A program made the position numbers and the translations under genes. From positions 420,001 to 452,000 of the forward strand of contig OY759724.1 of the NCBI GenBank assembly GCA_963662715.1: DNA of 32,000 bases, in the 5' to 3' direction. Source of the stretch: Candidatus Omnitrophota bacterium (lineage in GTDB: Bacteria; Omnitrophota; Gorgyraeia; Zapsychrales; JANLHA01). The notes below the pieces were generated by a model that ran no database searches, had not been told where the DNA came from, and worked only from the letters and a program-made list of their open reading frames with translations. Shown one piece after another: positions 17,029 through 24,882 of the stretch (the first letter of the stretch is position 1; each line of letters begins with the position of its first letter).

Positions 17029-17977
17029 TGAGGGAAGTCCTTTCTTGAGTTTTTAAACTCCTTCTCTTCTCGGGAGACAACCCGGAAGATGGACAACGGA
17101 GATACACATCTTCCGCCATAAACGAACTTCTGACCAAAGGACCGCTCTGCACGCTCTTAAATCCGTACTGCAGGGCCAGGATGCGCAAATCGGAAAATTC
17201 CTCAGGAGAGACAAACCGATCGACCGGGAAAAGCCGGGGAGCTTTTCCGGGGGACAGATATTGTCCAATCGTTAAGATCTCGCATCCTGCACGAGCGAGG
17301 TCTTTCATCGTTTCCATCAATTCAGCACGTGTCTCGCCCATCCCGATCATCAGGCCGGATTTGATTTTTGAACCAATCGTCTTCCTGCGGGCGCTTTGTA
17401 AAATATCCAAAGACCGGTCATATTCCGCCTGCGGCCTCACCAGAGAAAAAATCCGGCGGACCGTTTCAATATTATGCCCCAGGACCTCCGGGCTGCTTTG
17501 CAAAACATCCCGCAGACTTTCCTGTCGGCCCCTGAAATCAGGGATCAGCAACTCAACGGCTGTCTCCGGGCAGACCTCACGGATAGCGGCTACGGTTCTG
17601 ACAAACTGCCGTGCCCCGCCGTCCGGGAGATCGTCCCTCGTAACAGAAGTAATAACCGCATGGCGAATCCCCAGCGCTCTGACCGTTGCGGCAATACGCC
17701 GCGGTTCGTCCTCATCGACCGGGGCCGCCGGGCCGGCAGGAACAGCGCAGAAACGGCAAGATCGGCTGCAGGTGTTTCCCAGGATCATAAACGTCGCCGT
17801 ACCCCGCGCCCAGCACGTTCCCAAATTGGGACAACGGGCACTTTCGCAGACCGTATGGAGATTGTTTTCTCTCAACAATCCTTTTAAACGGCCAATCCTC
17901 TGCGTATCCGGAAGCGGTTGCTTGAACCACCGGGGCAACCGGAGCGAGGGTTCGCATCTTGTATTCGTAGCGGACAT
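17015..17977 (-). CDS. lipA: lipoyl synthase
   Basis: 320-aa ORF. Auxiliary cluster CESARCPNLGTC and radical SAM cluster CSRSCRFC, plus SGLMIGMGET. Confidence 0.93.
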   Translation of the reverse strand: MSATNTRCEPSLRLPRWFKQPLPDTQRIGRLKGLLRENNLHTVCESARCPNLGTCWARGTATFMILGNTCSRSCRFCAVPAGPAAPVDEDEPRRIAATVRALGIRHAVITSVTRDDLPDGGARQFVRTVAAIREVCPETAVELLIPDFRGRQESLRDVLQSSPEVLGHNIETVRRIFSLVRPQAEYDRSLDILQSARRKTIGSKIKSGLMIGMGETRAELMETMKDLARAGCEILTIGQYLSPGKAPRLFPVDRFVSPEEFSDLRILALQYGFKSVQSGPLVRSSFMAEDVYLRCPSSGLSPEKRRSLKTQERTSLNGRD

Positions 17978-18475
17978 TTAATCTTTCTTTGTGAATTGCT
18001 CTAATTTCTTTTTCAAACGGCCTCTTTCCCTCCAGGAGACATGATCAACAATCAGCTTCCCGGACAGGTGATCCGTTTCATGCATAAAAACACGGGCCAT
18101 CAAGTCATCAAATTCCCGTTCCACAGTCTGGTTGTTTTCATCAACATAACGGACACTGATATTCCTGGCCCTTTTGACATTGACGGTAATCCCCGGCAGG
18201 CATAGACATCCTTCTTCCATCCATTCCGATCCGGAACGCTTCAATATCTTCGGATTAATAACCGCCAGGGGGCCCAACCCGATATCCGCAACAAATATCT
18301 GCTGATTGATGCCTATCTGCGGGGCAGCCAGTCCAACGCCTTTCTCCTCATGCATCTTATCGATCATGGCTTCAATTAAAAACCGTTCAGACGGCCCGAC
18401 CTCCTGGACAGGCGCACACTTTTGTCTCAAACAGGCCTCACCGTAATATCTCATCTTCAACTGGGGTTTCATCAT
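17978..18475 (-). CDS. def: peptide deformylase
   Basis: 165-aa ORF with the three Def motifs GVGLAAPQIG, EGCLCLPG and HETDHLSG. Confidence 0.93.
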   Translation of the reverse strand: MMKPQLKMRYYGEACLRQKCAPVQEVGPSERFLIEAMIDKMHEEKGVGLAAPQIGINQQIFVADIGLGPLAVINPKILKRSGSEWMEEGCLCLPGITVNVKRARNISVRYVDENNQTVEREFDDLMARVFMHETDHLSGKLIVDHVSWRERGRLKKKLEQFTKKD

Positions 18476-18511
18476 AAATCATCCTTCTTGGCAAAGCGAC
18501 CGGTATCAGCG

Positions 18512-18865
18512 TTAACAGCGGATATGATTCTGGTCGTCCAAAGTAACAACTTTCGTTTTATAATCCCTGGCATCGCGCGCATCCATAAGGGCATAACTTA
18601 AAATAATTACTTTATCCCCCACATACCCCTTCCTCGCCGCAGGACCATTGAGGCAAATCCGGCCGGAGCCGGCCTCTCCGGCAATAGCATACGTTTCCAG
18701 CCTCTCTCCATTATTGAGATTTAAAACTTCCACTTTTTCTCCGGGCAGGATATCCACGGCTTTTAAAAGCTTTTCATCAACCGTAATACTGCCTTCATAA
18801 TAAAGTTCGGATTCCGTAATCCGGGCATGAGCAATTTTTGATTTACAAAAGGTGATTAACATCAC
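18512..18865 (-). CDS. panD: aspartate 1-decarboxylase
   Basis: 117-aa ORF. CKSKIAHARIT...YEGSITVDE contains the G-S self-processing site context. Confidence 0.88.
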   Translation of the reverse strand: MMLITFCKSKIAHARITESELYYEGSITVDEKLLKAVDILPGEKVEVLNLNNGERLETYAIAGEAGSGRICLNGPAARKGYVGDKVIILSYALMDARDARDYKTKVVTLDDQNHIRC

Positions 18866-18916
18866 ATTCTCCTCTTCGCATCCGATCGATAAACCATCAC
18901 ATAAACGAATCCTTGT

Positions 18917-19237
18917 TTATAAATCGTCATTTATTTTCTCGACAATCTGCGCCTTTCCCATAGCCCCCACCAACTGTTTAACAATCTGTCCGTTCTTAAA
19001 CAGCAGAAGAGTCGGGATGGACATAATCCCGTACTTGCCTGCGACAGCCTGGGCTTCATCGACATTAAGTTTCACGACTTTAAGCTTTCCGGATAACTCA
19101 TCAGCAATTTCATCCACAATCGGAGCGATCATCTTGCAGGGGCCGCACCATTCTGCCCAGAAATCAACCAGGACAGGAACCGCTGACTGCAGGACTTCAG
19201 CCTCAAAATTATCTTCGCCTATTTTTCCAGCACCCAT
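18917..19237 (-). CDS. trxA: thioredoxin
   Basis: 106-aa ORF with active site WAEWCGPCK. SD AAGGAGG upstream. Confidence 0.93.
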   Translation of the reverse strand: MGAGKIGEDNFEAEVLQSAVPVLVDFWAEWCGPCKMIAPIVDEIADELSGKLKVVKLNVDEAQAVAGKYGIMSIPTLLLFKNGQIVKQLVGAMGKAQIVEKINDDL

Positions 19238-19301
19238 ATTCTACCTCCTTAATCAGTGCTTGTAAGTTAGTATTTATTATTATCTAAATAGTTAGAAACA
19301 T

Positions 19302-19330
19302 ATTATAAGTATAGATATTATACCAATCAA
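19302..19330 (-). promoter_or_regulatory. candidate sigma70-type promoter (TTGATT-17-TATAAT) for trxA and downstream genes
   Basis: On the minus strand the -35 is at 19330-19325 and the -10 at 19307-19302. An alternative extended -10 TGGTATAAT overlaps it. It lies in an AT-rich gap directly after the upstream terminator. Confidence 0.5.
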
Positions 19331-19350
19331 GGACTATTTCATGAATGGTT

Positions 19351-19411
19351 ATAAAAAAATTATAGCCTTTCTGCAGAAGGAGCCCAACGATCCTTACCGC
19401 AGAAAGGCTAT
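19351..19411 (-). terminator. Rho-independent terminator of the rSAM/FMN operon
   Basis: Minus strand: AUAGCCUUUCUGC (19411-19399) pairs with GCAGAAAGGCUAU (19374-19362). That is a 13-bp stem with an inner AAGGA/UCCUU helix, followed by AAUUUUUUUAU. It starts 21 nt after the stop codon at 19432. Confidence 0.75.
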
Positions 19412-19431
19412 GTCTTTAAAGATCCCTGAAA

Positions 19432-21069
19432 TTACTTATTGAGTATATCCTTGGCCTTGCCATCCAGGGCTTCGGTCATGAACGGGATCTTTGTTTCTTT
19501 TTCCGTTTCCCTGTTCGCCGAAAAGAGCTCCTCCCGGGATACTTCTGACAAAGAAAACTTTCGGGCCCCGGCCAATAACTGCTGAAGTCCGGCCCCCAAC
19601 TTATCAGCCAATGTCCAGATCGCAATGGCCCCGAGAGGTATTTCTTTAATGTTGGATGACCCGACTTTCTTCTTCACATCATAATACCCGGAAAAAATCT
19701 CTTCCGGAACAGCTCCAAATTGAGAAACGGAAGGAGGCAACGCGTCCCAGTTGCCGTTGACTTTTTGTTTCACGTCCGGGTTAATAACACCTTCAATATT
19801 CGCCCCCAGGAAACCGGGGATCATCACCGCCCGGCCCATACAAATGAGTTTGCAATACGGCGCGCCTAAGGCCAAGGCCTTAAAAATATGATCCTCCCTA
19901 GCCAAGCCGCCGGCAAAAGACAAATCCACGACTCTCTTGCCTTTCTGTTCCAGAATCTGCGCGTATTCATAAGCCTTGGCATGAAGATGAATAGACGGCA
20001 CACCCCACGTTTCCATCATGTTCCAGGGACTCATACCGGTTCCGCCACCGGAGCCGTCTATGGTCAGCAGGTCCAGGCCTGCTTCGGTCGCATATTTCAG
20101 GGACATGGCCAGCGCTTCCATGCCGTAAGATCCGGTCTTCAAAGTTATCCGCTTAAAACCTAATTTGCGAAGTTTTTCGACATTTTTCATGAAGCGTTCT
20201 TCAACATCATCGCTGGAGTCAACATCTGTATCGCCCAAACGGCTATGCCGGGCAAAGGAACGGATAGACCGATGATTAAACGCTTCCTGAACTTCCGGCA
20301 CCGTAGGATCAGGGTCAACAACATAACCTCTTTTTTTCAAAAACAGCGCATAATCCAAAGATGTGACCTGAATTTCTCCTCCGATATCTTTAGCGCCCTG
20401 CCCCCACTTCAATTCAATAATGACCTTATCGCCGTATTTTTCGATTAAATATTCCGCGACGCCGTTGCGGGTATCCTCAACGTTCATCTGCACGATAATG
20501 GCCCCATAACCGTCGTAGAACTTTAAAAACGTTTCCACGCGGCGCTCTAATTCCGGAGCCTTCAGGATCTTTCCATTCTTGATCTCAGCTTCTTTATCGA
20601 CCCCGACAACATTCTCTCCGACAACAATAGGGAACCCCACCAGGGCTGCCCCGATGGCAAAGGAATCCCAATATTTAGCGGCAATAAAAGTCGATCCCAA
20701 AGCACCGGTCATAATGGGGATGCGTGCTTTTGTCTTGAATTTTGTACCGAAAGAGGTTTCCAAACTCACGTTCGGGAAAATACAATCATCCGGGGAGTTG
20801 GACAATCCTTTGGGAATCCCGTGAGAACCGTAGGAATATCCTTGAATTCTTAAAGAATTATACGTCACATCCGTATGGCTCACGTTACGGCTGCCCGCCG
20901 TAACAGCGCCAAAATCTCTGGGATATAATAGTTTTCGGCCCCGCAAGCTTGACAGCCACGTTTCACATTTTCCTTTACAGTCCGCCCGGCACAGTGTGCA
21001 CAGCCCAGACTCGCAGGCATCGCCACGATTGGCACTCCCGACAACATCGTTCGTTTTTGGATACTGCAT
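19432..21069 (-). CDS. FMN-binding glutamate-synthase-family (GltB domain-2-like) protein with an N-terminal Cys cluster
   Basis: 545-aa ORF. N-terminal CESGLCTLCRADCKGKC. TIM-barrel/FMN signature LTIDGSGGGTGMSPW. SD AAGGAGGGG upstream. Confidence 0.8.
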   Translation of the reverse strand: MQYPKTNDVVGSANRGDACESGLCTLCRADCKGKCETWLSSLRGRKLLYPRDFGAVTAGSRNVSHTDVTYNSLRIQGYSYGSHGIPKGLSNSPDDCIFPNVSLETSFGTKFKTKARIPIMTGALGSTFIAAKYWDSFAIGAALVGFPIVVGENVVGVDKEAEIKNGKILKAPELERRVETFLKFYDGYGAIIVQMNVEDTRNGVAEYLIEKYGDKVIIELKWGQGAKDIGGEIQVTSLDYALFLKKRGYVVDPDPTVPEVQEAFNHRSIRSFARHSRLGDTDVDSSDDVEERFMKNVEKLRKLGFKRITLKTGSYGMEALAMSLKYATEAGLDLLTIDGSGGGTGMSPWNMMETWGVPSIHLHAKAYEYAQILEQKGKRVVDLSFAGGLAREDHIFKALALGAPYCKLICMGRAVMIPGFLGANIEGVINPDVKQKVNGNWDALPPSVSQFGAVPEEIFSGYYDVKKKVGSSNIKEIPLGAIAIWTLADKLGAGLQQLLAGARKFSLSEVSREELFSANRETEKETKIPFMTEALDGKAKDILNK

Positions 21070-21110
21070 GGCTTCCCCTCCTTGTTTAGTATCACAAAGA
21101 TAAAAATGAG

Positions 21111-21359
21111 TTAGACTTTCTCGCCAACTGAGGCCATGGTCGACGCAAATGCTTCGTCTTGACAGGAGGCATTTGCCTCTTCCGGCCTCAGGATAAGGTC
21201 ACGGGCATTTTTGTTTTTTTTTAAAGAAAAATAAACCTTCATACTCAATATCACAATATGAAAAAGAATGATGGCAAGCAGGATGACCACAATCATAAAA
21301 ACCGTTGCTATATATAACAAAATCTGTTTAACAATTTGTTTCATAGAAATGTCCCACAT
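21111..21359 (-). CDS. small single-pass membrane protein, hypothetical
   Basis: 82-aa ORF (alternative start M6 at 21344). It has one strongly hydrophobic helix (ILLYIATVFMIVVILLAIILFHIVILSM), then a basic patch and an acidic tail. No clear SD. It sits between the rSAM and FMN genes. Confidence 0.45.
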   Translation of the reverse strand: MWDISMKQIVKQILLYIATVFMIVVILLAIILFHIVILSMKVYFSLKKNKNARDLILRPEEANASCQDEAFASTMASVGEKV

Positions 21360-21420
21360 CCGTTCGGGGCGGCCACGGCATGACCGATCGCCGCTTCTTG
21401 TTTAAGAAGCCCTGGGAATG

Positions 21421-22965
21421 CTAGTTAATCGTAAAATTGCTTTTATAGAACAACTCGTGCCGCAAATAGCGGACCAGCGCAAGATCAGGAGCAAAACGAT
21501 ACATTTTATTCCGCAGTTTCTGAGCGTAAAAATAACTCACCGGCTTCGCCAGCGACTGAGCTATAGCCCTGAATCTCCTATGGCGCAAACTTCCCATGAC
21601 ATTCACCAAGGCATGGGACAAAATACTCATATAAGAAATATTTCCGAGAAAAATCCGCTCCCTTTTGGACATCCAGGGGCTCCGCCGGCCCTCCCAATCA
21701 TAATCATCGAAGATCCACTCGGCCCATTTTTCCAAAGACGTCGGCGGCACCAGGCCATGCTGCAAAGCAAGCTGATAATCAGGGGTTCCGGGCAACGGGG
21801 TGTAAATGGCGATGGTCTCTAAATGGGCCCGGGGATTCTCCTTTTTGAGGTGGAAACCCAGATCAATTGTTTGATGAATATCATGGAATGTCTCGGTAGG
21901 ATACCCGATCATCAGACTGAATGCCGGAATAATTCCGTGTTTTTTGCAGCGCTGGTTGGATTGACGTGTCTGTTCCACGGTAATGCCTTTATTCATCAGG
22001 TTCAAGATACGCTGTGAACCGGATTCGGCCCCGAATTTCAAAGTATAGGCTCCCGCCCGCTTCAAGACATCAATATCATAATCCGAGGCCTTCATGAACA
22101 CATCCGCCCTCGTCCCGGAGGTATAGAAAGAAATGTTAAGGTTCTGCTGAATCATCCCCTCACAAATGGCCGTGGCCCTTCTTCTGTCGATATAAAACTC
22201 GTCATCCCTCAACCATATGCCGTTCAGACGGAACCGGCGGACATTTTCGGTAATCATATTCAAACTTTTCTCAAGCGACATAGCCCGCCATTTCCGCTGA
22301 CGAATTTCTGAACTGCTGCAGAATCCGCAATTATACGGGCAACCCCGGCTGGTCTGCCCGATATCCAGAACCCGGGTGCTCTTCTGCAAATACATATCTT
22401 TATGAATATATTTTTCAACATCCACAAGTTCCCACGGTGTCGGCAAAAGGGTCTCGACATCCAGCAAAGGACGCGGGGGCGTTTTGACAGCCGTCCCCCC
22501 ATCCAGATAAACGATACCCTTGATCTCTGACAGGCTGCGTTTGTGATCCAGGGCCTGAACAGTTTCCAGGAACGTCTCATCCCCTTCACCAATAATAACA
22601 ATATCAACGTTTTCATTCTCCAGAGTCTGTTCCGGCATGACAGAGGGATGGCAGCCTCCCCAGATAAGAGGAACTTTTCCCCCAGTCATCTCCCTGACCA
22701 TCCGGGCCAGATTAAGGGCATGATACACCTGAGTTCCCGTCATTGTGGAAATCCCCACGCATATCAAATCATTGGAAACATAGGTTTCCAGGGTCTCTTT
22801 CGTAATCAACTGTGTTCTCTGATCGAGCAGGACGACATGATAGCCCGCTTTAAGCATGGGGGCCGCAATTGTCAGCAAGGCATGCGGGGGAGCAATCGTG
22901 GAGCCGAAATCCATCCCGGTCTTGGGATATAACAGTAAGATTTGAGGTTTGCCGTTTTTATTCAT
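21421..22965 (-). CDS. B12-binding-domain (class B) radical SAM protein
   Basis: 514-aa ORF. N-terminal cobalamin-binding-type Rossmann segment (ILLLYPK...VGISTMTG...LIWGGCHPS), then the radical SAM motif [13 protein letters not shown]. Confidence 0.88.
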   Translation of the reverse strand: MNKNGKPQILLLYPKTGMDFGSTIAPPHALLTIAAPMLKAGYHVVLLDQRTQLITKETLETYVSNDLICVGISTMTGTQVYHALNLARMVREMTGGKVPLIWGGCHPSVMPEQTLENENVDIVIIGEGDETFLETVQALDHKRSLSEIKGIVYLDGGTAVKTPPRPLLDVETLLPTPWELVDVEKYIHKDMYLQKSTRVLDIGQTSRGCPYNCGFCSSSEIRQRKWRAMSLEKSLNMITENVRRFRLNGIWLRDDEFYIDRRRATAICEGMIQQNLNISFYTSGTRADVFMKASDYDIDVLKRAGAYTLKFGAESGSQRILNLMNKGITVEQTRQSNQRCKKHGIIPAFSLMIGYPTETFHDIHQTIDLGFHLKKENPRAHLETIAIYTPLPGTPDYQLALQHGLVPPTSLEKWAEWIFDDYDWEGRRSPWMSKRERIFLGNISYMSILSHALVNVMGSLRHRRFRAIAQSLAKPVSYFYAQKLRNKMYRFAPDLALVRYLRHELFYKSNFTIN

Positions 22966-22982
22966 TTTATAATATCAATGAC

Positions 22983-23016
22983 AAAATAAAAAACTCTGAT
23001 GGATACCAGAGTCTTT
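22983..23016 (-). terminator. intrinsic terminator hairpin 17 nt upstream of the rSAM start codon (terminator/attenuator)
   Basis: Minus strand: AAAGACUCUG-GUAUCCAU-CAGAGUUUUU followed by UAUUUUGU. The core is a 6-bp ACUCUG/CAGAGU helix, extendable by G-U and A-U pairs. Confidence 0.6.
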
Positions 23017-23128
23017 ATCGTGAGCTGTGTATCATAAAACATGGACGATTTCACCGATTGTCATGAATAATGTCTCAAAATAACCCAATATCACTCGCGA
23101 GAATATCATTTACTACACACAAAAAATT

Positions 23129-23157
23129 ATTATATTGATCAAACCTCTTTCATGCAA
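23129..23157 (-). promoter_or_regulatory. near-consensus sigma70-type promoter (TTGCAT-17-TATAAT) upstream of the leader/terminator
   Basis: On the minus strand the -35 is at 23157-23152 and the -10 at 23134-23129, with an exact 17-nt spacer. It lies 34 nt downstream of the stop of the preceding membrane-protein gene. Confidence 0.45.
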
Positions 23158-23190
23158 TAAAAATATACGATCTTCTCTGGGCCCCTTTAA

Positions 23191-23943
23191 TTATTCCTGC
23201 CTGAATTCCAGGGAAGCCCGCTGTTTTGCCTTATAATCTCTGACCCACTCTGTAAAAAAAAGACTCGCGAAAAAGATAAAACACACGCTGTAAATGACAA
23301 AAATCACGCTGGAACGGATTATTTTATCCTTGCTTAACCGGGAGGCCTTGAAGAACACATAGGCTAATATGGGCAGGTAGGCCAGCACTCCCGCAGAAAA
23401 AAGCACAATCAGGGCTGAGGAAACAACATCACTCATAAAGATTGTGATCGCTCTTTCTTTCAACCATTGATAAGCGAAACCTCCGGAGAAGATCAAAATC
23501 CCCACACCATAGGTGACGAACATCCCTGTCAAGCATACCCCCTCGTCTTTATAACGCCACGGCTGCCTCAACAATAAATACAAGGCCACAGGACAATAGG
23601 ACAAAATCGAAAACCAGAAAAGTATTACCGAAAGGGTCGAAAGGATATCGAAAGGATTGACGCCGCTCTGCTGAAATTGAAACCAGTTCACACAGTAAAC
23701 CAGCGAAAAAAAGGCCAGACAAATCCCGTAAATCATTAATACGACCCTGACCCGGGATTTCTTTCTTGTCTCGGACAACGATTCCTCATGGATGTTGAAA
23801 ATCCCCTTCCGGCGGTCTCTTTCAACTCTTGCTATGGGAGGATTTTTAACAAGCAGGTAAAACGTGATGGGGACAAAAGATAAAACCCCAGACCAGAAGC
23901 AGACGATGAAAAGAACAACACAGATATGGAAAATAATGCTCAC
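23191..23943 (-). CDS. polytopic membrane protein made of three internal repeats, function unknown
   Basis: 250-aa ORF. GTG start 7 nt after GAGG. Six or more hydrophobic helices arranged as three similar units (see findings). Confidence 0.65.
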   Translation of the reverse strand: MSIIFHICVVLFIVCFWSGVLSFVPITFYLLVKNPPIARVERDRRKGIFNIHEESLSETRKKSRVRVVLMIYGICLAFFSLVYCVNWFQFQQSGVNPFDILSTLSVILFWFSILSYCPVALYLLLRQPWRYKDEGVCLTGMFVTYGVGILIFSGGFAYQWLKERAITIFMSDVVSSALIVLFSAGVLAYLPILAYVFFKASRLSKDKIIRSSVIFVIYSVCFIFFASLFFTEWVRDYKAKQRASLEFRQE

Positions 23944-23961
23944 GGGAAAGCCTCACAACGC

Positions 23962-24879
23962 CTATGAACCGTTCTTCAGTAACTGAAGGGCTCTTTTGAA
24001 CATCGCATACCCTTCATCATTAATGATAAACCCTAATTCCTTTTGACCGGCGGCATTCACCTTTTCCCCCGTCCGGCCGATGACTTTATAAATAATAATC
24101 GGCACTTTCTGCAGGCGGGGTGTTTGCTTCAAATCAGCCGCTAAATCCTCGGCATTGATCTCTCCGAAAGAGTGTTTGAGAATGATCAGATCGGGAGTAT
24201 ATTTGGCCAGCTCCTCGCGGCAATCGCCCGCGGTAACCACAACGTCTGATTCGAATCCGCATTTGGCGAAAAGAGTCTGCAGTTCCCGGAAAACCAGGGG
24301 TTCGTTCTCCAGGATAAGGATTTTTTTGCCGTTGTGGTTTTTCGGTTTTACGTTACTTCTCGCCTCAGCGCTTCTCTTGATCATTTCCCCCGGGGACGCT
24401 TCTATCTCAATATCAACAGCCCGGACGTTGACCATCTGGTTATCCACAATAGCTTCAGATATATCATCTAAGACAGAACGCTGGGAAGGCTGGGCCTCTT
24501 CCCCCTCTCCGCTCTCTCTCCCCGCTAACAGCTCTTCAATTCTCTCAACGAGGGCCTTCATTTTAAAAGGCTTTTCCATAAATGAATCCACCTGCATAAT
24601 CTCGAAATAATCACGCATATTCGCCCGGGCGGTTAAAATCAAGAACGGGATGTTTTTGCCAAAATCCGATTTCTTCAACTCTTTATAAAATTGATTGCCG
24701 TCTTTTTTCGGCATAATCACATCCGAAATAATCAAATCCGGCTGGAGCTGTTTCGCCTTTTCAAACCCGACTTCTCCGTCTTCAGCCTCATACACCTCGT
24801 ATCCCGCCAGCTGAAGCTGCTGGGCCACCAGGGCCCGCAAATCCTTTTCATCCTCAACAATAAGAATCTTTTTCGCCAT
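23962..24879 (-). CDS. response regulator: canonical receiver + acidic linker + degenerate (pseudo-)receiver, no output domain
   Basis: 305-aa ORF. N-terminal REC (LIVEDE...LIISDVIMPKKDG...LILTA...EKPF). The C-terminal REC-like fold (KILILENE...DLIILKHSFGEI) lacks the phospho-acceptor Asp. Confidence 0.85.
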   Translation of the reverse strand: MAKKILIVEDEKDLRALVAQQLQLAGYEVYEAEDGEVGFEKAKQLQPDLIISDVIMPKKDGNQFYKELKKSDFGKNIPFLILTARANMRDYFEIMQVDSFMEKPFKMKALVERIEELLAGRESGEGEEAQPSQRSVLDDISEAIVDNQMVNVRAVDIEIEASPGEMIKRSAEARSNVKPKNHNGKKILILENEPLVFRELQTLFAKCGFESDVVVTAGDCREELAKYTPDLIILKHSFGEINAEDLAADLKQTPRLQKVPIIIYKVIGRTGEKVNAAGQKELGFIINDEGYAMFKRALQLLKNGS

Positions 24880-24882
24880 GTT

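Noticed and set aside
17181-17981. 266-aa plus-strand ORF antisense to lipA (plus nested ORFs at 17474-17887 and 17712-17957)
   Set aside because: It is explained by the locally high GC of lipA, which suppresses stop codons in other frames. The product is Arg/Ser/Pro-rich with no motifs, whereas lipA itself carries both Fe-S motifs.
19432-21069. Calling the 545-aa protein glutamate synthase (gltB)
   Set aside because: Only the FMN-barrel domain signature is present. There is no amidotransferase domain, GXGXG domain or NAD(P)H subunit gene in the window. I therefore left it as a family-level call with no gene symbol.
22966-22990. Separate or leaderless promoter for the rSAM gene downstream of the terminator
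   Set aside because: The only -10-like hexamers (TATTAT, TATAAA) end 0-3 nt from the ATG. A transcript start would then fall inside the coding region, and there is no plausible -35. Read-through is the simpler explanation.
22966-23160. Cobalamin riboswitch upstream of the B12-type radical SAM gene
   Set aside because: This was an attractive idea, but I could not find the B12-box core (GCCACUG-like) or the GC-rich multi-helix architecture. The leader is short and AT-rich. I kept it only as an unclassified leader/attenuator candidate.
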